DNA of 63,769 nucleotides, counting the filler, from Octopus bimaculoides (lineage: Eukaryota), in NCBI RefSeq assembly GCF_001194135.2. It is 6 parts of 6 records of this genome, joined end to end, with 100 filler letters (N's around TTAATTAATTAA, not from the genome) between each part and the next. Parts side by side here need not be neighbours in the genome. Positions count along the whole stretch, not along the records: positions 21,400 to 39,673 come from NC_068986.1; 5 more parts are not named here. One strand, 5' to 3'. A program made the position numbers and the translations under genes. A model generated the notes under the pieces. The model did no database searches, was not told the origin of the DNA, and saw only the letters and a program-made list of their open reading frames with translations. Each line of letters opens with the position of its first letter. Positions within the stretch are counted from its first letter, which is position 1. Shown piece after piece: positions 24,497 through 38,206 of this stretch.

Positions 24497-27169
24497 TATG
24501 GGACTTTCGTCCTTTCTGCATTTTAAATATTTACTAGCATCCCATGTTTGGATTTATTTCGATATGCTGAGACTATCACCCAAATCAGTTAGATAATCAG
24601 TAGCAGTCGAAGAGTAAATTTCTAATTTGCTAACTTATTGTTACAGTGCATTTTCTCTCGCTTCTGGGATGATAAGCTTTCTATAACAAAATTAATTAAT
24701 AACCTTGTTGAAATTCTTTTTATATTTGAATTCTCTAAAGAACATCTGCTATCTGTTACATTTATTTAATCGCTTATGGTTCCAAAGTTGGTGGAGTATT
24801 AATGAATGAGATTAAAAAAAAACAAAAATAATTTTAAGCAACGTACTTAAAATTTCAGGATTGCGTCCACTTTACAGCTGTTTTTTTCCCTTGTTACTAA
24901 TACATTTCTCTATGCTTCAGCAACATCTTTACTAGGTGTCCTATCACATTTCAATTAGAATGTCAAGATGAGTAAAAAAAAATTAATAGCACTATATTTT
25001 TGGCATCTAGTTTCTGTGTTTAGAACTCATATTTTTGCATTGAGTGTCGAATTTGAATATTCAAAAGGAAACCCCAATGACAAACAGCATACTTTACAGT
25101 ATCTTTTATGACAGAACGGTTAATGCGAAGGTGTGGAATATATAATTTCAAAATATCAACCACTCTCGGATGTTGATGACTACATTCACAGTGGTTATTT
25201 ACTTCTCAACTAATATATATAGATACAAATGATACATGGCTTTTGTAGAGTTCCAGCTTTATGCTAAATAGCAATCATATCCTAATAAGGACATAACTGA
25301 GGCGATGGCTCCTTAAGCATATTGAAATACTCATCTTGAAATTTCCTTAATCCAGTATTGAGCAATGAATCCCAACGCCATGTTCAATAGAATTCTTTAG
25401 AAATAAGATTTTGGCAAAACTTTCAACAATTTGATACGCAATAGACATTGTATTTCAATCATAATTTCTGAGTCACAGCATTTCATTTTGTACTTACATT
25501 TTAGTATAGAAACAATGATATTGTGCGCTCGGATATTTGTAATGTTCTTCAATGCCTATCATTTTACAGCTCGAAAAGATGAATATCAATCTAGTTTCTA
25601 GGTCGGATTTACCCTGATCTTCCTACTGCTACATTTCATAATGCATTGATTTTAATTAATATTATGACTGCACCATGTATCATCGTTGTTTACGAGAGCA
25701 AACCTATCAAATGAACTCTTCACAAATAAATTAGAAATAACAGAAATGTCAGTTTTGACAAATCAATGCATTACATTGATATAGCAGATTCATATGTGAG
25801 CAATTTGAACAAACTAGGCATTACTGTTATGGAGTAATTTAATATTTCAAACATTAATAACACTAAAAAGCTTGCAAACATGTTGATGTTTATTTGATTT
25901 ATAAAACACTTTTATTTTTACTGTCGACAATAATTGCGCAAAATAGCTTAAATTCCGTGTATCATTTTCATGCTGCTGGTCAGTGGGGAAATTAACCAGT
26001 TTTATTTCTAACTTTTCAGTGCCTCATTTAATTTTATGTTAGTCGATTTTAATGTGCAAAATAAACAGTTAAAGAATATTAATATAAAACATTTTACTAA
26101 AATCGTTACAAGATTGCATGGTGCCATTGCTGCGAAATAGCCAAATACTTAAAGATGTTGTTGACTTTTACGCCATTTAATGTTGTTGACTTATACACTA
26201 TTTATATGAATAATAATAATGACTTTCTTACATAAATATCTTTAATGTACAAAGAAATAAGTTTCAGTAGTAAAATATATTTGACAAAAATATTTTTATT
26301 GTTATTTACTTTTACTTTTGAAGTACACTTTTTTTTTCAATTTTCAATTTACCTTTTTTTAATTTCACATTTTTCACTCTTTAATTTTAAGTTCCAGACA
26401 TTTTATATAATTGACATACACTAATAAAATCAAGACATATCTATTTTTCCATTTCTTTTCTCTAAATCAGTCACCATTTAGTATCACATTTCCAAGTACT
26501 ATATTTACATTTGATTATCGGCCTTAATTTCGTTTCATATTAATGGCATCTTAAAATAAAGATAGAAAATAATAAATATATTTTAAATTAAAATTACCAA
26601 ACTTGAATTTTATTGATTTTCAACAATGCTTCATATGCAGGCTAATACATAGACACCAATATGTGACTGATATTTTACTTTATGGACAAATGTTTAAAAT
26701 GTAAACCATACACGTAAAACTAGTAATTTCTTAATGATTGAATTATATCTACATCTCTAAAGATTCTATCACTCATCTATAGTGTTCCTGCTAACTCTCT
26801 AAACGTATGTAACTCATATTTTAACTATATATACAGACAGGTAAAAAAAAGATACATAATACATTATGCTCTAATATTTTTCTCTGCATCTGCGGTTTCC
26901 CTTACATGCAAATAAGAATTTAGCACACCGTCGTTATATGATTACAAATACCGTTTCAAAAATAATATAGTAGTTGATAAATTCTATTCATCGAGTATGT
27001 CTCCGATTTGGTACTTAATAAAAACTAAATATAACAAATAACAAATCTCAATTAGATAGAGGCATTGCACTTCTCAGACTACAAGTTCAATACGTCAATT
27101 ATAAACATTTATCATCTCAAGAAAAGAACTTTAAAGATATATCCAGTTTAAAATGAAAATTAATATATT

Positions 27170-27305
27170 CTTTTCTACTTTATGCACAAAGCCAGAAATT
27201 TTCGGGGAGGGATCCAGTGGATTAGATCGACTCCAGAACGCAACTGGTATATACTTTATCGACCCCGAAATGATGAAAGGCAAAGTCGATCTGAGCGGAA
27301 ATAAA
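27170..27305 (-). mobile_element. SINE family B fragment
   Basis: TTTATCGACCCCGAAA.GATGAAAGGCAAAGTCGA central motif shared with 35.9k, 40.4-41.0k, 46.5k and 51.4k. Confidence 0.8.
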
Positions 27306-27915
27306 AAATTAATATATTACATACACCCTTGTATAATTGCAAGAAAGCAATATTTTGGTAAATATCCATCGATATACTACTTTCATTAATTAAAGAAATG
27401 ACGATCAAGAAGTTGGAATGCATTTCAAAAATTTAAGAGCCAAATGGATGCGTATCACATACGGTAATGTAATTTCGAACAGCCTTACAAAAAACTATGA
27501 TGAGAGAAAAAAAATAATTTGTGTGTTTTACTTAGGTTTTCTTATTTCCTTCCTGATTAACTTCTCCTCGATCAAATCTCTTCTACAATAACATAACAGA
27601 GGAATAGTTCTTCGATTTAATTGATTTGGCCAATCGACTAAAAATGTAGCTTTATGGAACAAGTGTGTATGCCCACACATTTATCATATTATAACTGACC
27701 TAAATGTTCTATATGTTTTCTCCTAAATGCACTTTTGTTTCACATGCACTTTTGTTCCAAAATGCACTTTTGTTTCACATTAAGCAAAGTCATTTATCTC
27801 GGCAAGCAATTTAATATTGTAAATCTATTGCTAACCGCAAACTAGTGATGGATGGCGTGGTTAACTACTCAACATAGACAGTCCGAGAAAGTGAGAGAGA
27901 AAGACAAAAGACGGG

Positions 27916-27951
27916 TATATAAAGAGACTGAGATTAAGAAATAGATCATTT
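27916..27951 (+). promoter_or_regulatory. Candidate Pol II core promoter (TATA + Inr)
   Basis: TATATAAAG at 27916-27924 and TCATTT (Inr TCAKTY) with its A at 27948, 30 nt from TATAAA at 27918. CCAAT lies near 27630. No transcript evidence. Confidence 0.35.
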
Positions 27952-29323
27952 TTTTTTACTAGCACTGATTAAGAAAAAAATAAAGCAACCATCTATGATA
28001 TATTCATCTGAAAGATGCAGGTGAAACATACTTTTCGAACACTGATACAGTCTGAAATGCTAGAAGAAAACAATAATGTAATAGATTTCTATTCACATTG
28101 GTCAATAGATTTCTAATAAAACTATCCACGTGAAATATGTACACGTTTTGTCACTCATTGTTGCTTTATATTCAATGAAATTTTAAATACTTTCTTATGC
28201 GGATACACAATCTTATATATTTTAAATTATCAATATATTTCATTTGCCCACCACTTGTAACAAGTATACTGTTAATCGTATTACAGTCGTTGAGTGGTAA
28301 CGCAGAATCGTAAATATTAATAATTTAGAATTTCATCATTGTTTATAATGGTGAAATGGCGACATAAGTTTTATTGATACACACTTTCTATCATGGATAC
28401 AAATATTTCCGACGAGTGGTGTCTAGTGTATGATCCCAACGGATTATTTTTGCACATGCATGTGTGTATGTATATATATATATATATATATANNNNNNNN
28501 NNNNNNNNNNNNNNNNNNNNNNNNNNNNNNNNNNNNNNNNNNNNNNNNNNNNNNNNNNNNNNNNNNNNNNNNNNNNNNNNNNNNNNNNNNNNNNNNNNNN
28601 NNNNNNNNNNNNNNNNNNNNNNNNNNNNNNNNNNNNNNNNNNNNNNNNNNNNNNNNNNNNNNNNNNNNNNNNNNNNNNNNNNNNNNNNNNNNNNNNNNNN
28701 NNNNNNNNNNNNNNNNNNNNNNNNNNNNNNNNNNNNNNNNNNNNNNNNNNNNNNNNNNNNNNNNNNNNNNNNNNNNNNNNNNNNNNNNNNNNNNNNNNNN
28801 NNNNNNNNNNNNNNNNNNNNNNNNNNNNNNNNNNNNNNNNNNNNNNNNNNNNNNNNNNNNNNNNNNNNNNNNNNNNNNNNNNNNNNNNNNNNNNNNNNNN
28901 NNNNNNNNNNNNNNNNNNNNNNNNNNNNNNNNNNNNNNNNNNNNNNNNNNNNNNNNNNNNNNNNNNNNNNNNNNNNNNNNNNNNNNNNNNNNNNNNNNNN
29001 NNNNNNNNNNNNNNNNNNNNNNNNNNNNNNNNNNNNNNNNNNNNNNNNNNNNNNNNNNNNNNNNNNNNNNNNNNNNNNNNNNNNNNNNNNNNNNNNNNNN
29101 NNNNNNNNNNNNNNNNNNNNNNNNNNNNNNNNNNNNNNNNNNNNNNNNNNNNNNNNNNNNNNNNNNNNNNNNNNNNNNNNNNNNNNNNNNNNNNNNNNNN
29201 NNNNNNNNNNNNNNNNNNNNNNNNNNNNNNNNNNNNNNNNNNNNNNNNNNNNNNNNNNNNNNNNNNNNNNNNNNNNNNNNNNNNNNNNNNNNNNNNNNNN
29301 NNNNNNNNNNNNNNNNNNNNNNN

Positions 29324-29374
<51 letters not shown>

Positions 29375-29484
29375 ATATATATGTATATATGTGTGCATGT
29401 TTGTACTTAGGCATGCATGCACGTATGCACGTATGCATGCATGTATGTATGCTTGTTTGTGCGTATGTATGTATATATGTATAT

Positions 29485-29650
29485 ATACGACGGGCTTCAT
29501 TCAATTTCCTTCTAGTAAATCCACTTACAAAGTGCTGGTTGATCCGATGCTGTAGTAGATGACACCTGACCGAGGTGCCATGCAGTAGGACTGAACCCGA
29601 ACCATGTTGTTGAGAAGCAAGCTTCTTATCACACTGTCATGCCTGCTCAC
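29485..29650 (-). mobile_element. SINE family A 5' half
   Basis: ACGACGGGCTTC...GGACTGAACCCGAACCATG motif. Confidence 0.8.
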
Positions 29651-31481
29651 TAAATAAAGAAAAAAGGGCCCAGGTGAAGAATATTCTGAATAGAGTTGTG
29701 AGATTGGAACGAAGAATCGGACCCTTGCACGCACTTCGTGCATCAAGCTGCTCTACGCGCTGGCCACAGATCACTTTCAATGAACAAGCCAACACAGTGG
29801 TCGTCCAACCTCAACGTGGTTGTTATTTGACATTTAAACACATGTTGACTTGCAGGACTGTTGTGTCTGGTGTAACACTTACCTCTCACAGGGACATCCG
29901 ACTGGGACGTTATTAATGCAGCCTTTGTCTAAGACCTTCCGAACGATGAACGAGGCATCCAACATACCTAGATGTTATCCTTTAACTGAGCATACACCTG
30001 ACCCCAGGTATATATATCATATGTATTATAATCTATATAAATTATATGTATTATAATGTATATATATTATATACATTCAAACATACCTATATACTAACAT
30101 AAATGTATACATGTAATGTCGTACGAAGCAGCGCTGAATTAGAATTATTCGCATAAATTTATACTTGTCATTTAACACTCTGGTTGTATTCTGACGTAAT
30201 AAGTCCTTTCACAGCAGAGATAATCATGGAAGAATATTTGACGCTCAGGAAAGTGTGAAGATTCACCATACTTTACACACATTACCACATATTCTGTGTG
30301 GTGTTTTGATGAGGATAATTTCTTTCTGATTCAATTTGTAAATAATAGATTTACTTGTCGATGCTGAAGCTCAAGCCTCCTACGATATAATGACGTCATT
30401 CACACCCTCTAAAAATGTGGTGACACGCATGTTTAGCTGAAGAATTTCTTACAATGATTATATACCTAACGAAAGATCTTGTCATATACGAATACACTGG
30501 AACCTCTTAAAACTTTACATTCGACACAGAAACGTAAGTCTCCTGCGATCCATTGAACCCATTGACGGTCTTTGTGACACGTAAAAATGTAGTTTCACAC
30601 AAGTCTAACCGAAACCTTTCCTACAAGGCTTATATAATCAAGGAAATATTTTCTCACGTCGAATACTTTCGAGCGTATTAAAACTTGGTACGAATATATA
30701 TGCATAAATTTATATGAGGCAACAAATTAACTGAAGTAATCCATAAGATGAATGGCAGGTATTTGAAAGGATTAATTGTATTTTAAATAAAACTAATTTT
30801 ACAAGATAAATGTCTTGCTTTCTTGAAAATCAAGATCTCCCCGCTTCCATATTTGAACAATCGCTTACAAACTTCTGGAATGAACTACAGACTGAAGGGA
30901 GAGATACATTCATTAATAAAAAAATATCGTCGTTTATTTACTATCAGTTGAAAAATACCGCGTTGTCATGACAGCTACTACCATAATTTAATTCTGACAT
31001 GATTCTAGATTTGTGCCTATGTCTCCAGACAAGCAGACTGCTTTTTCCTCAGTAGCATGGCAATTTCGAATGTTTAAAGGTTTTGAGAATAAGTTTGTCT
31101 CTCATAGAGTGAGATTATTGTATCATATCTGTAAGATAAATTATTCCAGTATATATATGTACACTGATAGTCTGTATATATTTGACGGGGGAATCGAGTG
31201 ATATGCGTTTAAGGGGCATATTTTATTAGCAACCAATCGAATAGCATAGTCACGTTAGTTCACAGTCACTGGCGCCGTAGTGAGAGTTTATCGCACGTAA
31301 ACGATGCAAAGAAGCGCTGCATTTATGCACCACCGATCTATTTGAAGAGTAATCTTAGTAAATAACACAGTATTCTGTGTTCTAACAAAACATCCACTTT
31401 CGATATCAATATTTACTCTGTCATTATTAAATATGTATATATGTGTGTGTACATATATATGTGTATATCTATATATGTGTG

Positions 31482-31537
<56 letters not shown>

Positions 31538-31577
31538 CGTGTGTGTGTGTCCTTATATATATATATACATGTATATA

Positions 31578-32589
31578 CAGGTGTTGGGCAGAATAATGGA
31601 AGCACCTTAAAATTTCAAAAATTACAACTTGAATTCTATGAGGTATGGACTCGTACAAAGTTTCAATTGTTTCCGAAGAAATTTTTGTCCATTCTTCAGC
31701 TAAAGCAGTTTCCATTTCTTGTAGTGATGACGGTGGAAGTTATCGACTCCTTACTTATTTTTCTAAAATGTACCTTAAACGTTCAATAATATTGAGATCT
31801 GGGGAATGTGGTGACCTGGGCCGGCGGATTTCCAAGATAGAACACCCAGATCATCACAGATCCTCCTCCGTGATTAACAATTTGAAGAAGGCAGTCTGGG
31901 TCCACACGTATACTCCACCCGTGGTCGGAAATAAGGTAAAGGATGACTCGTCCGAGAAAATAATATTTTCCCACTGCTCTAGGGAACAATTCTGTAGGGT
32001 TTTAATCCACTCTAAATGCTTTGCAACGTTTGTTTTTGAAAGTAGTGATTTTCTGATTGCCCTCCCGTGAAATCCGCCTTTGTGCAGTTCCCGGTGAACA
32101 GTGTTTGTGGAAACTGGGTTCTCGAGGTGGTCGTTAAGCTTTGCAGTAAATTTGGGAGCTGTACTTATGTGATCATTTCTAACAATTCGCGTAAGAATCC
32201 GACCGTCCCAATCTGAATGTTTTGGTTTTCTTCTGGAGTTTTGTTTCGACGAGGAGGTTTTTCCTTCTCTCTCAAACGTTGTCATTACTTTTGAGCCAGT
32301 ACTTCTTGATACGCCAATAATTTCAGCTATTTTCATTATGCTAGCGCCAGCATTACGAGCACCAACAATTTGACCGCTTTGAAAGTCCGACAGATTTGTC
32401 ATTTTAATGAATTTTGATTACCTTTTCTGATGATATCTGAAAAGGAACAGCAATTTTAGTAACATAAATTAAGCAACACTAATAATAAATCAAATAACAT
32501 AAAAATAAACAAGCTTTTCACGGTTTTATAAATATTTCAAAATTATGATGCTATTATTATTTTGTTTCTATTATTTTGTCTAACGCCTA
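31578..32589 (-). mobile_element. Tc1-family (DD34E-type) transposon, internally deleted
   Basis: Minus ORF 31854..32402 has a paired-like HTH N-terminus and IIFSDESSF. Frameshifted PDCLLQIVNHGGGSVMIW and DLNIIERL..LQEMETALAEEWTKI follow, with the second catalytic D region deleted. Degenerate TIRs CAGGTGTTGGGCAGAATAATGGAA / TTCTATTATTTTGTCTAACGCCTA have TA flanks. Confidence 0.92.
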
Positions 32590-33588
32590 TAAATACACTC
32601 ACACAGACATATATGTATGTATATGTATATATATANNNNNNNNNNNNNNNNNNNNNNNNNNNNNNNNNNNNNNNNNNNNNNNNNNNNNNNNNNNNNNNNN
32701 NNATATATATGTATGTATGTATGTATGTGTGTGTGTGTGTGTATGTGCGTGTGTGTGTGCGCGCGCGCGTATGTGTGTGTGTGTATTTAAATATATGTGT
32801 ATTCTGTATCCTCTGTTGTGTCAAAAATTAGTTTACATAAATGTATTCAAATCAAGTGATAGAAGCATTGACAATAAGGGAAAATTTTGAGGCTTCGTGT
32901 ATCCTCTGTGACGAGACTAAATGTATTTTACATAAAAAAGAAAACATTCAGATCAGGTAATATCATTTTTTTTTAGAATGAGAAGACAACAATTAGTTTA
33001 CACAGATGTATCCAAATCAAGGAAAAGAGTTTTTGACAAGATAAAACGTGTCTGGTTTGTTAATCAGATGGTGATAAAGTTTTGGTCTCACTGTGATCAG
33101 AAACCATAATTGTTTGCAACATTGAAAATAAGTTGAGTAGAGAAATAGCAGACCACTTATTGTTATTGGATCTCACTGTACTGTCTCGCATCTGAATGGA
33201 ATTTGATAGTTACCAATGTTTTATACAGAGATGGCGTTTCAATATTGCCCTGTTTTTTTTTTAAATACAATATCGTCTGTTGATGGTAGTCATGTGATCA
33301 AAACATGGCTCTGTTTTATAAAAAAAAGCCGTGCGTGCGGTTGATGGCACTCACAACATCAAGATAATTCACAATTGTGTTGATTCGTAATATTTATTGC
33401 GGAAAGCTTGTTTGGTCTAATAAATGATTCCTAGAGTTTGTTCTGTCCCATGTAATTCGGTGTCCAGTGGCATTTCCTCTGCTATTGTGTGGACGTCTAT
33501 AGTAGTTTTGAACATTCCTAGGTCTGGGTTGTTCTTAGTAATGGTTGTAATTATAACACACGCACAAACACAGACATACATTCACAGC

Positions 33589-33619
<31 letters not shown>

Positions 33620-35859
33620 ACTCAGGAAAAAGCACACACTACTCTGACCAGAAAAAGATATATACATACACACACTTACATGTAAATAACTGCGTACACA
33701 CGCGCGCACATACCCACTCACACACACACGCAGATATGCACACCGCCCTGACAAACACACACACATACACACACACATATATGTGTTTGTGTATAGATTG
33801 ATATACATCTATATTTGTCTGTGTATTTAAATAAATGATCGAAGGTTGTGATACTTCTTTAATGGATCTCCGTACATGAATCTTCTTATGAAAGCAACGT
33901 AATCAGTTATTTGATTTGAGCAGCACAAAAAGAATCCAAGACTTTCGGCTATAGCATTAGCACTAATTAAGCGTGCTAAGTGAACTTCTAGAAATCTACT
34001 TCAACGAAAGACTGTGACAAATTGCAAGCATATACAAAATCGAATAAACACTTGAGAATAAGTGCAAATGAAGTAAAATGAAGGAATGGTAATAATCAGC
34101 TATCGATTAGAATCTGTAATAGCACATGGTTATTGCAGAGATATTTCATAATATACATGGAAAAAATCCACTTCAAGAATCCGTTACGCTCCAAGTGACT
34201 ATATCTTCGATAAACATTTCCTCGGAGTGAAAGCTCAAAATCTGAGTCTAAAACAGAAGGAAAGACAAAACATTCTTCTGATCATTTCTAATGTGAGAAT
34301 TGGCCCCTAATCAATATGTATTCACTCATAATACTGCCTAAAAGATTTTGTGATATAATCTGCATGATATATAAATTGCTGTCACTACAGCTAATGCATG
34401 TGAGATGAGTGAAATAAATTACAATGCAATATTTGATAAAATAAACTTCATATCATTTTAAACAATTCTGGCAAATTAAATGACTTTATATTTTAAAGTA
34501 AGCCAGAAATAGACATTTATAAATTTCTTCTACATTTTAGAGATGAATTGCGATGTAAGGTGTTTGGTCAACAATCTTGTAGATGAATAAAAGATACGTA
34601 CCTATAACATAAATCCAATAGATAATATATTAGCTATCTTTAAAAACTTTCATCATACATTTAACCCAACATCATTTTCATTTTTCATAGCAGTCAATAA
34701 ATACATTTTAATAAGTATTCATCGGAAGTTAAACTTACAATATATATTTCCTGTGATGAGGTCTGCAAATCGTAAAAAAGATGCTGCAGTATAATATGCA
34801 GCTCTACTCAGAATCACGTGTGTTGTTCATTGGTTAGTATTATTAGAATATCAAAGTAAATATTTTTAAATAGTAGAGGACGTGTGTCGGTTAATGTCAT
34901 TGCAATTTTATTGACATAGCCTCAGCAAGTAAAAAAAAAAGGGTGTAATCCTGAAGGTAAATACATAATTCTGTGAAACATAAAATAACAGTTTGTATGT
35001 ATTAGTTTTATATGCTACTGTTGTATCACTCTACCTATGTATGGAAGGCTCTTCTCATATTCAGGAAATTCTAAAAGCGATCATACAGACGATAACTGAG
35101 GGTTTGTGTGAAGTATTTGAGATTATAAACCTTAGATTATCAGTGTTGAACTTTGAATAGGATAATGCAATTTCACTTCCTACATGTCTATTTTAGTTTT
35201 AAAGTGAGATGTTTAGTGTGCGAACTACTTGCTGACGTAAATAGAATAAAACTTTAGGCTTAACTCCAATTAACAGGGGAAATTTAATACTGAAATCGAA
35301 ATTTGAAACCAATAACATTTGTATGAGCAATGAACTTATCCCATGTATATTAACAAACTTCTAATGCATTATTTGCAATTTGTGTCCAATAAGTCACTAA
35401 CAGAGTACAATTAACCGCCAATTTACAACTTGTATGCAAATACAGAAAGAAGTATTCGGATAACACTCCCTAATCCATAGAATTACACGTTAAATGCATG
35501 AGTTTAACATTTCTTCATCACTATCTACGAAAACAAACCGAATCATAAATACTAAAGTAATGTTTAGAAAAATACTCCCATAAATGAATGAATGCAACGG
35601 ATTTCTGTTACAAGCATGAAATTTCAGACTATTATAAAATATATACAGTAACACGGACATTAGCTCCCCTTTGGAACGGTGGATCTCGAATAAGCAAAAC
35701 TATGAATTATAGCGCATAAAATTTGGCGGGAAGTTCCTTTACATTTAAAAAGTCCAAACTAACACGTTGGCTCTAAATAACATCTGTAAACATGACAGGT
35801 GTTCTACCACCGGACGAATGCAAACAGAAGTGTTTCACCCAGTATTCGCTTGGTATTAC

Positions 35860-36010
35860 TTATAATTCTGAGTTCACCGAGGTCGACTTTGCCTTTCATC
35901 CTTTCATGGTCGATAAATTAAGTACAAGTTATGTACTGCGGTCGATCTAATCGACTAGCCCCTCCGCCCTCAATTTCAAACCTTCTGCCTATAGTAGAAC
36001 GGATTATTTA
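35860..36010 (+). mobile_element. SINE family B
   Basis: CTGAGTTC...CCGAGGTCGACTTTGCCTTTCATCCTTTC..GGTCGATAAATTAAGTAC. Confidence 0.8.
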
Positions 36011-37384
36011 TAATTCTGTTTGTTTCAAGGTATACCATTCCTAAAACCTAAAAACAACATAATTTCTGGTTTACACGAGGTTTCTCAATTCTTATGACAT
36101 TAACTGGTAGTTGCGTTTGGCCCGCGTATATTTCCAATATACTTATGTAAATACAAGATTTAATAAATCAAAACACATTAAATAAGCGGAATCAAATAAA
36201 TTAGATATAATGAGCGGCAACATTAATAATTGTTTATTTTGCAGTATATCACATTTGGAAATAATGAACACACGCATACAACATTATGAGGGAAAATAAA
36301 AGAAATAACACAGCAAATATATAAATATAAATTTTTTCGCAACGTTAACTCGCGATCTCAGCTTAATTTTGCAATCATAATTTTCTTGTAAAGTTTGCAT
36401 TCAAGTAACAAGGAAATTGTTTAGTTATTTTTTTTTTCAAAATAGCCCTCATAAATTACATTATATTTAAAAGCCCTCCATTTTAATTATGTTATTCTTT
36501 GTTTCATTTAAGGTAAATTTCGTTAATACAAACTTTCATTCGTCATACTTTCATACGGCAATAATTTCTCTCCACAACATTTCCGCCTACACCTGTCAAA
36601 ATGTTAACTATATAATATCGAAGTTTGATTTTATATTGCATGACATCATCAACTCTACTAAAGATGGAGCGAATGTACATTCGCAGCGTCCGACATTTTG
36701 AAAATATTCATATCTTTACTGTTACTATGAATTACAACTCAACAACTTGGCGTAGACTTACACTTGTCACATTACCAACGCCAATGTTTAAACACACACA
36801 CACACACACACACCAGCATATATTTATTGTATAATTTTCCGTTCAGGTACGATCAGAGAAGTCTTAAATCCGATGAGAGATAAATATTATTTAATGTACA
36901 CAATATATAGTTATGAGGTACTAATAGTTTTATACACTGGAGATGTTTTCTGGCAGCCTTCGAGGTTTTCTACCATAAGGTATATTTAACCAAACGTAGA
37001 CACATCATTATTTATACCTTTATTTATTTCTACTCTCAATGTCCCTTTTTAGGAATTATTTCAGCTAGTCACGCAGTTTCTATATTCTTATAGCGTCAAA
37101 CATATACATATGTACATACATATACGTGTATGTTGATATATGTCTGTGTCTGCGTGCGTATATCTGTATGTGTGTGTGTGCGTGTGTGCGTGCGTGCGTG
37201 TTTGTGCATCTATCAAAATAAGGCAATAAAACAAAAGTTATGCGTGTTTAGATAAATCGCTGACAATATCAAATTTAATTGAAGTCGTGAGTACTTACAC
37301 ATGTACAAAGGTACTGCACATAAAAACACAAACAAATAAAAACCCGAATATAGATACCTATATATATATATATTAAAATAACTT

Positions 37385-37570
37385 CTTTACTTTATTTTAC
37401 TTGCTTCAGTTATCTAACTGCAGCCATGCTGGAGCACCACCTTTAGTCGATCAAATCGACCCCAGGACTTATTCCTTGTAAGACTGGTACTTATTCTATC
37501 AGTCGCTTTTGCCGAACAGCTAAGTTGCAAGGACGTTAACACACCAAGGTGGGGGACAAACACAGACACA
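37385..37570 (-). mobile_element. SINE family A 3' half
   Basis: CAGCCATGCTGGAGCACCACCTTTAGTCGA...TTGCCGAAC.GCTAAGTT. Confidence 0.8.
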
Positions 37571-38146
37571 CAAACATAAACACACTAACACACGCATACT
37601 TATACCCCCACACACACACGCACACACTCGCGCGCACACACACACACGCACGCGCGCACACACACACACGCACACACACATATATNNNNNNNNNNNNNNN
37701 NNNNNNNNNNNNNNNNNNNNNNNNNNNNNNNNNNNNNNNNNNNNNNNNNNNNNNNNNNNNNNNNNNNNNNNNNNNNNNNNNNNNNNNNNNNNNNNNNNNN
37801 NNNNNNNNNNNNNNNNNNNNNNNNNNNNNNNNNNNNNNNNNNNNNNNNNNNNNNNNNNNNNNNNNNNNNNNNNNNNNNNNNNNNNNNNNNNNNNNNNNNN
37901 NNNNNNNNNNNNNNNNNNNNNNNNNNNNNNNNNNNNNNNNNNNNNNNNNNNNNNNNNNNNNNNNNNNNNNNNNNNNNNNNNNNNNNNNNNNNNNNNNNNN
38001 NNNNNNNNNNNNNNNNNNNNNNNNNNNNNNNNNNNNNNNNNNNNNNNNNNNNNNNNNNNNNNNNNNNNNNNNNNNNNNNNNNNNNNNNNNNNNNNNNNNN
38101 NNNNNNNNNNNNNNNNNNNNNNNNNNNNNNNNNNNNNNNNNNNNNN

Positions 38147-38206
<60 letters not shown>

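Noticed and set aside
29883-29967. Minus-strand exon candidate MLDASFIVRKVLDKGCINNVPVGCPCER with donor AG|GTAAGT
   Set aside because: The acceptor lacks a pyrimidine tract, there is no recognisable homology, and the surrounding GC-balanced sequence may be an old transposon.
32900-33550. Possible Penelope/LINE RT remnant on the minus strand
   Set aside because: Only vague similarity (TIDVHTI), with too many stops to call.
34100-34247. Minus-strand acceptor followed by SDFELSLRGNVYRRYSHLERNGFLKW...
   Set aside because: No convincing donor, and about 49 open codons is within chance for this much sequence.
21660-37000. Conserved microRNA hairpins
   Set aside because: By eye I found no match to common bilaterian mature miRNAs. 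Lineage-specific miRNAs cannot be excluded without small-RNA data.
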